Source: Halioglobus sp.
GTDB lineage: Bacteria > Pseudomonadota > Gammaproteobacteria > Pseudomonadales > Halieaceae
NCBI GenBank assembly: GCA_036961205.1
Contig: JBALVI010000010.1
Coordinates: forward strand, 18,377-82,376
Reading direction: 5' to 3'
Length of the DNA: 64,000 nucleotides
Shown: positions 7,425 to 15,128 of the stretch, piece by piece
Layout: each line of letters opens with the position of its first letter
How positions within the stretch are numbered: the stretch's first letter is position 1
The notes under the pieces: generated by a model
Told to the model about the DNA's origin: nothing
Seen by the model: the letters and a program-made list of their open reading frames with translations, nothing else
The model's database searches: none
Made by a program: the position numbers and the translations under genes

Positions 7425-9026
7425 ATGGAGATATCTGACATGGCCACCATCACCTACCCGTCAACCCGGGACTGCTTTAACTCGCTGGGCATTCCCGTCG
7501 ACAACCTGTCACTGCAAGACGCAGTAGACCGAATCGTCGCGATGACAAAAGACTATAATGGAAGGACTCAGCTGGTTTCGACGCTAAACGTCGACTTCTT
7601 GGTGAATTCGCTGGGGTATGCGTTTACCCGGCCGCGCCATCCCGAACTGCTGAACGTATTGCGCTCATCGGATATGGTGACAGCGGATGGCTTCCCTATT
7701 ATCTGGTTAAGCAAAATCGTGGGTAAGCCCCTCAAGCAACGCGTCGCTGGCTCAGACCTGACACCGGCGCTGGCTGCGCGCGCAGCAAAAGAAGGGCTAT
7801 CACTTTTTCTGCTGGGAGGCGCTGAGGGACTGGCGGCCGCAGCGGCCAATGCCTTGCAGTTAGCAAACCCCACGTTGAAAATCGCCGGCACATCGGCGCC
7901 GTTCGTCAATACCCAGGGCCCCGCCCTGAAGGACTTCGCCGCAGATGACCAGGCCCTGCTGAAAAATATTAACAGTTCTGATGCTGACATATTGCTGGTA
8001 GGACTGGGCAATCCCAAGCAAGAGCTGTGGTTCAATCGCAATCGACATAAACTGCAGGTGCCTGTCGCTATTGGCGTGGGTGGCACTTTCGAGTTCATTA
8101 CCGGCACAGTCAAACGCGCACCCCGCTGGATGCAGAAATCCAATCTCGAGTGGCTATTTCGGATTACCCAGGACCCCGAACGGTTGTGGCGACGCTACGC
8201 AACGGGGATGATAAAACTCGCAGTACTGACAGCCCCGCTTATTTACTATCGCGCTAAAGAAAGTGTGTTTTACAGGCCCGCACCCGCTACCGAAGGACCC
8301 AGCATTGTCTGGCAATCTGTCTGGTCCTCTCGTAACCAATCACTGGCTGCGGTGCGACTCCCGCGTCTGGTCAGTGCCCGCTATCTGGAAAAACTGGTGT
8401 CTTCGTTGCAGCAAGAGCATGCCAGCACGGCACTGCGACTACTGGACTTCAGCAACGTCAAACATATTGAGATCGCCGGGCATCAGGAATTTTTTCGCCT
8501 TGCGCAGCTACTGACAGACCCGCAGAGCGATATTTCAGTACTGGGACTACCAAAGGCGGTTAAACGTCTGCTTGGCGCGTGTCGCATCATGGATGTAGTT
8601 GGCGAAAACCATAATGGCAACACACTTAGCACCTTGTCATATTCACCGCTCGACAAAAACGTACAGGAGACGGGCTGTAAAAGTTATGTCATGAGCAATA
8701 CGGCGCTTATGTTTCTGTCCGGCCGGGTCAACGGCGAGGGATTGGCAGGGATCGGCTTCGTGGAGTGCCTACTGCACGCCGCTCGAGACCGCACCTGTAT
8801 TGTCGATTTACGCAATGTAACACTACTGGAAAGTACGGCGATCGCCGAACTTGAACCGCTCATTGCGTCACACCAGACAAGTGGCGACGGTGCAATCATG
8901 GTCAGTGGGGCAGATGCCAATGCCCGTCAAATGTTCCGCATGACCGGGCTGGGCGAAAGCGTCATTTTTATTGACGATATAACCTTGCTGGCCAGCATCG
9001 CAGCTGAGGGCCAACATTATAAGTAA
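7425..9026 (+). CDS. WecB/TagA/CpsF-family glycosyltransferase fused to two C-terminal STAS-like domains
   Basis: The N-terminal ~270 aa carry TLNVDFLVNS, DGFPIIWLSK, LFLLGG, GLGNPKQELWF and GVGGTFEFITGTVKRAPRWMQKSNLEWLFRI. The C-terminal half has two segments resembling anti-sigma antagonist (STAS) cores: LDFSNVKHIEIAGHQEFFRL and DLRNVTLLESTAIAEL. The start may instead be the ATG at 7440, which has GGAG 9 nt upstream. Confidence 0.82.
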   Translation: MEISDMATITYPSTRDCFNSLGIPVDNLSLQDAVDRIVAMTKDYNGRTQLVSTLNVDFLVNSLGYAFTRPRHPELLNVLRSSDMVTADGFPIIWLSKIVGKPLKQRVAGSDLTPALAARAAKEGLSLFLLGGAEGLAAAAANALQLANPTLKIAGTSAPFVNTQGPALKDFAADDQALLKNINSSDADILLVGLGNPKQELWFNRNRHKLQVPVAIGVGGTFEFITGTVKRAPRWMQKSNLEWLFRITQDPERLWRRYATGMIKLAVLTAPLIYYRAKESVFYRPAPATEGPSIVWQSVWSSRNQSLAAVRLPRLVSARYLEKLVSSLQQEHASTALRLLDFSNVKHIEIAGHQEFFRLAQLLTDPQSDISVLGLPKAVKRLLGACRIMDVVGENHNGNTLSTLSYSPLDKNVQETGCKSYVMSNTALMFLSGRVNGEGLAGIGFVECLLHAARDRTCIVDLRNVTLLESTAIAELEPLIASHQTSGDGAIMVSGADANARQMFRMTGLGESVIFIDDITLLASIAAEGQHYK

Positions 9027-9078
9027 CAACGATAGACGATCGTCGGGCAAGCCCAGGAGCCAGCTCCGGCATCATTTT

Positions 9079-9114
9079 TCGCATATTGCCTTGCGTATTG
9101 CCTCGCATATTGCA
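9079..9114. repeat. three tandem 12-bp units carrying GCA-TAT-TGC half-palindromes (candidate activator binding sites)
   Basis: The units TCGCATATTGCC, TTGCGTATTGCC and TCGCATATTGCA are head to tail. They lie about 220-250 bp upstream of the activator gene start at 9332. Confidence 0.5.
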
Positions 9115-9331
9115 TTATAGAGAAACGAGCGGTTGACAGGGCAATGCTGAACCTACGTAAGGCAAAGCTGAAATAGAGCCTCTATCGTTAAAATATACAT
9201 ATAAAACAGAAGCTTGCGCGATTTCTTCAAATTGCATTTCATTTTGAGAAAGATGGCATACAACTTGATACTAGATAGGCAGCCTTACCAAACCTGAGGC
9301 TCAACAACGGGCGCAGAGCGGAGATAACATT

Positions 9332-10753
9332 ATGGACACACAGGCAAAAGTACTCATGGTGGAAGACAGCATCTCGCTGTCGGCCATCTATGAAGCCTAT
9401 CTGGCAGACACCGACTACAAACTAGTATGCGTTGAGACGCTCGGCTCAGCGCACGCAACATTGGGGGCCTTCCAGCCGGATATTATTCTGCTGGACATCG
9501 AACTGCCAGACGGCAATGGCATGGACTTTCTGGACGAAGCAGCTGCCCTGGAACCCGCACCCAAGATCATTATCATGACCGCACACGGCAGCTCGGATAT
9601 GGCGGTGGAGGCAATCCAGAAAGGCGCATTCGACTTCCTGACCAAACCATTTGATGCAGCCCGCCTTAGAGTGACATTGGACAACGCCGCCGCCCAACTA
9701 ACACTGGGTAAAAGAGCCGACAAACTGGCACAGCTTGAGCGAGATCACTACTGCAATTTCATTGGTAAATCACTGGCAATGCAATCAGTGTACAAAACTA
9801 TCGATTCTCTGGCCGCCAGCGATGCCACCGGCTTTATCGTCGGGGAAAGCGGCACAGGGAAGGAGTTGGCCGCGGAAGCCATCCACCAGCAAAGCCCGCG
9901 CCACGACGCCGAATTCATAGCCATCAACTGCGGCGCCATACCCGGTGAACTGATGGAAAGCGAGCTGTTCGGACACGTCAAGGGTGCGTTTACTGGAGCC
10001 AGCACCAACCGCGAAGGCGCCGCCAGCGTTGCCAATGGCGGTACTCTATTCCTGGATGAGATTTGCGAGATGAGCCTGGATTTGCAGAAAAAACTGCTGC
10101 GCTTCATCCAAACTGGAACTTTCCGCAAGGTGGGCAGTAATACATTGGAACAGGTGGATGTGCGCTTTGTATGCGCGACCAATCGGGATCCGTTGGTAGA
10201 AGTTCGCGAGGGGCGCTTTCGTGAAGACCTTTTTTATCGACTGCATGTTATACCGGTACGGATGCCGCCATTGCGCGAACGAGAGGCCGATGTGCTAATG
10301 ATCGCCAATCATTTCCTGCAGCAGTTCAGCGACCGTGAAGGCAAGCAGTTTGACGGCTTTTCAGAGGATGCGGCCGAGGCCATTCGTCGCTACCCCTGGC
10401 CAGGTAATGTGCGCCAGCTGCAGAACGCAATGCAGCAAGTTGTGGTGCTCAACGAAGGAACAGCAGTGGATTATCACATGCTTCCCGATCTGGTTATTAG
10501 CGGCAACCTGGAGCATGAGACGCCATTTACGGCCACAGTTTCTTCGATTACCAGTCCGCGCGAACCGGGGGCGCAACAGGCGCATATGACACGCCGACAG
10601 CAGATCGAACCGTTATGGCTCACTGAAAAAAATACTGTGGAGGCGGCGATTGATTCTTGCGATGGCAACATTAACCAGGCTGCCGGACTGCTTGAAGTAG
10701 CACCGTCAACCCTTTACCGAAAATTGCAGTCCTGGAAGAAAATGCAGGCCTGA
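9332..10753 (+). CDS. sigma-54-dependent response regulator (REC-AAA+-HTH), LuxO/SypG-like
   Basis: It has a receiver (DIILLDIELPDGNG), Walker A (GESGTGKE), the GAFTGA loop (HVKGAFTGAS) and a Fis-type HTH (INQAAGLLEVAPSTLYRKL). Long collinear blocks match Vibrio LuxO as recalled from memory: LLRFIQTGTF.KVGS, VDVRFVCATNRDP, EGRFREDL.YRL and PLW.TEK. Confidence 0.9.
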   Translation: MDTQAKVLMVEDSISLSAIYEAYLADTDYKLVCVETLGSAHATLGAFQPDIILLDIELPDGNGMDFLDEAAALEPAPKIIIMTAHGSSDMAVEAIQKGAFDFLTKPFDAARLRVTLDNAAAQLTLGKRADKLAQLERDHYCNFIGKSLAMQSVYKTIDSLAASDATGFIVGESGTGKELAAEAIHQQSPRHDAEFIAINCGAIPGELMESELFGHVKGAFTGASTNREGAASVANGGTLFLDEICEMSLDLQKKLLRFIQTGTFRKVGSNTLEQVDVRFVCATNRDPLVEVREGRFREDLFYRLHVIPVRMPPLREREADVLMIANHFLQQFSDREGKQFDGFSEDAAEAIRRYPWPGNVRQLQNAMQQVVVLNEGTAVDYHMLPDLVISGNLEHETPFTATVSSITSPREPGAQQAHMTRRQQIEPLWLTEKNTVEAAIDSCDGNINQAAGLLEVAPSTLYRKLQSWKKMQA

Positions 10754-10778
10754 TCACAACCAGCAAGGAAATTTTGCC

Positions 10779-11330
10779 ATGTACGGCTTAATAAATAATT
10801 CTCTAAAAAGTATGATACTCGAACAGTTCGGCGAGGAGCAGTGGCAGAAGGTGCTGTCGAGTTCTGGTGTTTCAGAAGATTCTTTTCTCACCATGCGCAG
10901 CTATGACGACAGTATTACTTACTCGCTGGCGGGTGCCGCAGCGGAAGTACTGGGCGCGCCGGTAGAAGTCTGCCTTGAGATGTTCGGTGAATATTGGGTA
11001 TTGGAAACCGCGACCAAATCATACGGCATGCTGCTCAATGCTACGGGGCAGGACATGATCGAATTTCTGGGTAATATGAATGCCCTGCATGATCGTATTA
11101 CCAGTACCTTCCTCAACTACACTCCCCCTGAGTTCTTTATCGAAACCAAGGAAAGCCACCATCTTATTCACTATGTGAGTCAGCGGGAGGGCTTAACGCC
11201 TTTTGTTGTGGGGCTACTTAAGGGCCTCGCGAAACGGTTTAACAGCACGCTCACCATCATATCGCAGAGCGAAGTGGCAGTAGATCATGGCGCACACACC
11301 ATTTTTGAAGTAGAGATATTAGCTGCATGA
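10779..11330 (+). CDS. hnoX: H-NOX (heme nitric oxide/oxygen binding) sensor protein
   Basis: 183 aa with N-terminus MYGLINNSLKSMILEQFGEE. It has a candidate proximal His in NALHDRITS, a conserved Pro region (YTPPEF) and the YxSxR heme-propionate motif as YVSQR. Its stop overlaps the kinase start (ATGA). Confidence 0.88.
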   Translation: MYGLINNSLKSMILEQFGEEQWQKVLSSSGVSEDSFLTMRSYDDSITYSLAGAAAEVLGAPVEVCLEMFGEYWVLETATKSYGMLLNATGQDMIEFLGNMNALHDRITSTFLNYTPPEFFIETKESHHLIHYVSQREGLTPFVVGLLKGLAKRFNSTLTIISQSEVAVDHGAHTIFEVEILAA

Positions 11331-13402
11331 ACCGGCCGCTGAACATCTGCTGGAAGGACTTGCACAGCCTGTTCTCTGTTGTGATGTGTATCGACGAATC
11401 CATGAACCTAATCTACGCTAGCGAAACACTCAGTAAGTGCTTACCTGAAACAAAGCATAAACCCAAACTGCTAGAGATATTCGATACCTTGCGACCAGCT
11501 TCACTAGCGACCTTCAATGATGGAATCAACGCCCTGGACTCGCTTTGCCTGCTAACGGCAAAGAATGGAAAATTCGCTATCAGGGGACAGCTATTACGCA
11601 CGCAGTATCAGGAGCAGGATGTTTTATGCTTCTGCGGAGCACCGTGGCTGTTCTGGATCAACACAAATTGTCCTGAAATCAAATTGGGCCTAAGTGACTT
11701 TTCAGCCCAGGATGTCCAGCTGGACCAGTTGTTCTTCATGTCCACAGAAAGACAAATGGTTGATGACCTGGAACAACTGAACACAGATCTAAAGGCCGCC
11801 AAACAACAGCTGGAAGAGGCGCAGGAAGCGCAAAGACAGTTCTTTGCCCAAATGAGTCATGAAATTCGAACACCGTTAAACGGTGTGGTTAGCGCCCTGT
11901 CGCTGCTGGACCATCACCCAACGGGCCCCGAACAGTTCAACCTCATTCGACTTGCTCGAAGTTCATCCGAAAATCTGATGCAGGTGATCAATTATGTACT
12001 GAACGTATCTAAACTGGAACTCTCACCCCATCGAGACCAGGAACTATTCAGCTGGCCAGACTTGATCCGCTCCTCGATCGATATTGTCGTAGCCAAAGCG
12101 GAAGAGAAATCATTGCAGGTTGAGCTCGACATTTCACCCGACTTACCAAACACCTGTTATGGCAATCCCGCCCGTTTAAGGCAAACTTTGTTAAATCTCG
12201 CCATCAATGCAATCAAGTTTACTGACACAGGCACGATCACTATCCGCGCGCTGCCTGTGCACCATGCACAAGACCATTGCATTCTGCGGCTGGAGGTCAT
12301 CGATACAGGAATTGGTATCCTGGAAGACCACTTACCCCATATCTTCGACCCTTTCTGGAGCTTTCAGCCGGACCGTACTGCCGCGCAAACTGACCGCCGC
12401 GCATATGACGAGGGCACTGGGCTCGGCCTGGATATCGTGAGGCGTAATGTTCGAAGCATGGGCGGGGAAGTCATGGTGAAATCCACACCAGGTCAAGGGG
12501 CAAAGTTCTGGTTCGAACTGCCAGTAACACTGCCACACGAAACCCAGTCGCCATCCGAGAACGCACCGGCGCAACAGGAACCAGACACGGTGGAACTTAC
12601 AGGCAGGGTCATGTTGGTAGACGACAATGAGACCAATTTGTTACTGGGCTCCATGATCCTGGAATCAATGGGACTTGAAGTAACCAAGGTCGACAGTGGT
12701 GGCGCCGCTGTAGCCACAGCGAGGCAACAACAATTCGACCTCGTACTGATGGATATCAGCATGCCAGACATCGATGGACTGGACGCCACCCGGCAAATTC
12801 GCGCCTTCGCCGGCAGCGACCTGCTGCCGATTGTTGCCCTAACGGCCCGTACAGACGATAAAGAGAAAGCAGCCTGCCTTGACATCGGAATGGATGATTA
12901 CCTGACCAAACCCATTGTCCGGGAGGAACTCCATAAAGCGCTAGCTACCTGGCTCGCTAAAGATAAAAAAACGCATTCAAACGAAGCTGCCGAAAGCATG
13001 AAATACGAGAGCAACGCAGTGGATACTGAACTTGTGACCCAAAGTGTCATAGATGAATTGATTCGACAAATAGGGCGTGACAACTTACGGATTGTAATCA
13101 GCAAAGTGCGAACCGAAGCTACCCAGCGCTGGGATGAACTGGTAACTGCCGACAAACAGGGCGATAGGGACGCGACACAGCGCCATGTGCATAGCCTGGC
13201 AAGTATTTTCCGCAGCGTAGGCCTCATGCCAGTGGGCGATGCACTCGGGGCGATAGAAGCCAAATTGCGCGCCGGCAAAGAAGTACCGTCGGGGTGGCTG
13301 AATGAGCTCGAGAAGCTAAAAACCGATAGTATCATCGCTTTGGCAGAGCAAATGGAAGAACAGTCAAAACCCTCGCCGAAAATTCAAACCGACACTAAAT
13401 AA
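11327..13402 (+). CDS. H-NOX-associated hybrid sensor histidine kinase (HisKA-HATPase-REC-Hpt)
   Basis: It has an H-box (FFAQMSHEIRTPLNGV), N box (LLNLAINAIKFT), G boxes (DTGIGI, GTGLGLDIV) and a receiver (VMLVDDNETN...LVLMDISMPDIDG...DDYLTKP). The C-terminal Hpt-like motif is HVHSLASIFRSVG. It has no obvious TM segments, so it is probably cytoplasmic. Confidence 0.9.
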   Translation: MNRPLNICWKDLHSLFSVVMCIDESMNLIYASETLSKCLPETKHKPKLLEIFDTLRPASLATFNDGINALDSLCLLTAKNGKFAIRGQLLRTQYQEQDVLCFCGAPWLFWINTNCPEIKLGLSDFSAQDVQLDQLFFMSTERQMVDDLEQLNTDLKAAKQQLEEAQEAQRQFFAQMSHEIRTPLNGVVSALSLLDHHPTGPEQFNLIRLARSSSENLMQVINYVLNVSKLELSPHRDQELFSWPDLIRSSIDIVVAKAEEKSLQVELDISPDLPNTCYGNPARLRQTLLNLAINAIKFTDTGTITIRALPVHHAQDHCILRLEVIDTGIGILEDHLPHIFDPFWSFQPDRTAAQTDRRAYDEGTGLGLDIVRRNVRSMGGEVMVKSTPGQGAKFWFELPVTLPHETQSPSENAPAQQEPDTVELTGRVMLVDDNETNLLLGSMILESMGLEVTKVDSGGAAVATARQQQFDLVLMDISMPDIDGLDATRQIRAFAGSDLLPIVALTARTDDKEKAACLDIGMDDYLTKPIVREELHKALATWLAKDKKTHSNEAAESMKYESNAVDTELVTQSVIDELIRQIGRDNLRIVISKVRTEATQRWDELVTADKQGDRDATQRHVHSLASIFRSVGLMPVGDALGAIEAKLRAGKEVPSGWLNELEKLKTDSIIALAEQMEEQSKPSPKIQTDTK

Positions 13403-13418
13403 TCGACCCCGCGTCACT

Positions 13419-13691
13419 ATGCCTGTTATCGAAAAAGTGTCTGGTGCTGCCGCTAGAAGAATAAGAGCTGCGCTTTTATTCCTATGGCTACTGTTGCTGA
13501 TATGGCGCCTGTTCGATTTAGTCGAGGAGGCTATAACCGGAACCCTAAAGATGAGCATAGGAACATGGGGCATTACAGGTGTTGATGCGGGAGTAGTGCA
13601 ATTAGTAATTGTCGGCGCTTTAGGTTGTATTGTTTTCATCGCCTACAGTCATACGCGACAAGAGCTCTCTCCTGGATCAAAAGACCCATAA
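13419..13691 (+). CDS. small hypothetical membrane protein
   Basis: 90 aa with two hydrophobic segments (ALLFLWLLLLIW and VVQLVIVGALGCIVFIAY). It starts 17 nt after the kinase stop. No clear Shine-Dalgarno. Confidence 0.3.
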   Translation: MPVIEKVSGAAARRIRAALLFLWLLLLIWRLFDLVEEAITGTLKMSIGTWGITGVDAGVVQLVIVGALGCIVFIAYSHTRQELSPGSKDP

Positions 13692-13762
13692 ACCAGAGAG
13701 CCTAAACCCACACTGCAACAGTGCGAACCTCAACTGCGCCTAGCAACCCCACTCTCAAGATT

Positions 13763-13775
13763 TTGCATTCTGCAA
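13763..13775. promoter_or_regulatory. perfect TTGCA-N3-TGCAA palindrome (candidate LuxO-type enhancer site)
   Basis: TTGCATTCTGCAA, centred about 90 bp upstream of the -24 GG of promoter P4. Confidence 0.5.
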
Positions 13776-13857
13776 CCTGATTTCGGCAACATTCGCAATA
13801 CGCTATTCTCGCAGCGCCAAATTAGGCAACTATCCCGCAATTACCACCCCATTCGGC

Positions 13858-13873
13858 TGGCACGCAACTTGCT
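13858..13873 (+). promoter_or_regulatory. sigma-54 (-24/-12) promoter candidate P4
   Basis: The sequence is TGGCACGCAACTTGCT, with GG at 13859-13860, N10, then GC at 13871-13872. This is a full consensus match. It is co-oriented with the ORF at 13966. Confidence 0.72.
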
Positions 13874-13965
13874 ATATCTCATGTAGACATAATTAAACGC
13901 CGGGTATATTCAGACCAATGGGCCTGGTAAGTAAAAACATCCACGCAAACCCAAGGAGATAAACC

Positions 13966-14220
13966 ATGCAAACCCTAACGGCACAACACAGCACATCATC
14001 CTCAGCTCAGCCCTATCGACGCCGCGCCTGTACAGACTCAGGGTATGTGATGGATCCACTAAGTCTGGCCCACTTGAATTTCGGTTTATTCGGGACTCTT
14101 TGCAAGCTTGGCACCTCACAGGAACGAATTTGTTCCGCCTTGAATATCAGCTATCGAGACTTCGACTATCTTCAGGAACTTACCTCTACTCAGCGTCAGA
14201 AATTAAGCGGCGGGGGCTAA
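13966..14220 (+). CDS. hypothetical small protein (84 aa) ending in SGGG
   Basis: It has a strong SD (AAGGAG, 7 nt spacer, ATG) and lies downstream of sigma-54 promoter P4. No family recognised. Confidence 0.55.
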   Translation: MQTLTAQHSTSSSAQPYRRRACTDSGYVMDPLSLAHLNFGLFGTLCKLGTSQERICSALNISYRDFDYLQELTSTQRQKLSGGG

Positions 14221-14594
14221 CCCCTATGCCTTGTACTTGAGGTAACACAGGTGCCAGACACCCTGCCCCACCTTACCAAAAAAATCTCCTTAGCTTTCTT
14301 CAGCTTGCTGGCCAGCCTCACCACACACCAGCCGACTCGTACTCAGCGGGTCGATTATTCCAATCACTCTGGACCCACCAGTTTCTTTGTTAGTCATAGC
14401 TAGAGCGTCGACTATGCGTAGTTGCCTATAGGTTGGTGTCGGTAGGTCGGTTAAACAATAGGGATGCATTCATTCGATGCTATTGCAGACCGCAATGCAG
14501 ATCTTATCCGTGTCCGGATTTCATCTAATAAATGCGTCCCCATTAATCCTCATCGCGCATTGTGTGGACTGCCGTCGACTACTTGAATTACACG

Positions 14595-15128
14595 CTATTC
14601 GTAGTTGTCCTTCAGCACAAAGAAGGCGGTAAAAAGCAAAGCCGCGCTAAAAGGAAGCGCAATCCAGATACCGTCAATTCCCAGCATGGTCTCGAAAGTC
14701 ACTTTGCCGAAATTGGCTGGCTTGATCAGTAAATTTTCCAGATAGGGGTATGCCAGAGAGAACAAAAAAGCTCCAGTAAATGCACCCGCCACAGTAAATA
14801 TAGCGTCTTTTTTACCTTCCGACGCGCCGACCACACAGGTGCCCGGACAATAGCCGGAGACGGCCCAACCGATGCCGAAGATAACGCCGCCGGCAATGAC
14901 ACCCCAGACGTAGGCGGGTTTGATGCTCATATTGGCCAAGCCACCCATATCGAGAAGGTAAATCCCCAATGTACCTACGCCGATGGCTGTCATCATTAGC
15001 TTTATAATCGCCATGTCTTTGAGCAGTAACGTGCCCAAAATCTTACGATAGCTGGAAGCGCCACCCAGGTATAGAATTGCGCCGAAGGCACAACCGATTG
15101 CAAATCCTATGAAAAGAGTCATTGTCAT
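14595..15128 (-). CDS. YeeE/YedE family sulfur-compound transporter half (C-terminal-type)
   Basis: 177 aa polytopic membrane protein with the SGYCPGTC motif. Overlaps its upstream partner by 4 nt. Confidence 0.82.
   Translation of the reverse strand: MTMTLFIGFAIGCAFGAILYLGGASSYRKILGTLLLKDMAIIKLMMTAIGVGTLGIYLLDMGGLANMSIKPAYVWGVIAGGVIFGIGWAVSGYCPGTCVVGASEGKKDAIFTVAGAFTGAFLFSLAYPYLENLLIKPANFGKVTFETMLGIDGIWIALPFSAALLFTAFFVLKDNYE

Noticed and set aside
7568-8143. 191-aa minus-strand ORF, and similar long antisense ORFs (9748-10182, 12493-12885, 12898-13335, 17235-17738, 25442-26005, 28297-28815, 31111-31545, 49096-49494, 54667-55176)
   Set aside because: All lie inside, and antisense or out of frame to, genes with strong family motifs. 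None has an SD or a recognisable domain.
9254-9268. Sigma-54-like element TGGCATACAACTTGA upstream of the activator gene
   Set aside because: It has the -24 GG, but the near-invariant -12 GC is GA. It is kept only as a remark inside a finding, not as a feature.
13874-13965. Possible Qrr-like sRNA downstream of sigma-54 promoter P4
   Set aside because: There is no stem-loop plus U-tract terminator before the strong SD and ATG at 13966, and no resemblance to the conserved Qrr core as I remember it. The transcript more likely is an mRNA leader.
14406-14582. Direct repeat CGTCGACTA at about 14406 and 14573
   Set aside because: It is only 9 bp and is expected by chance. No associated structure.
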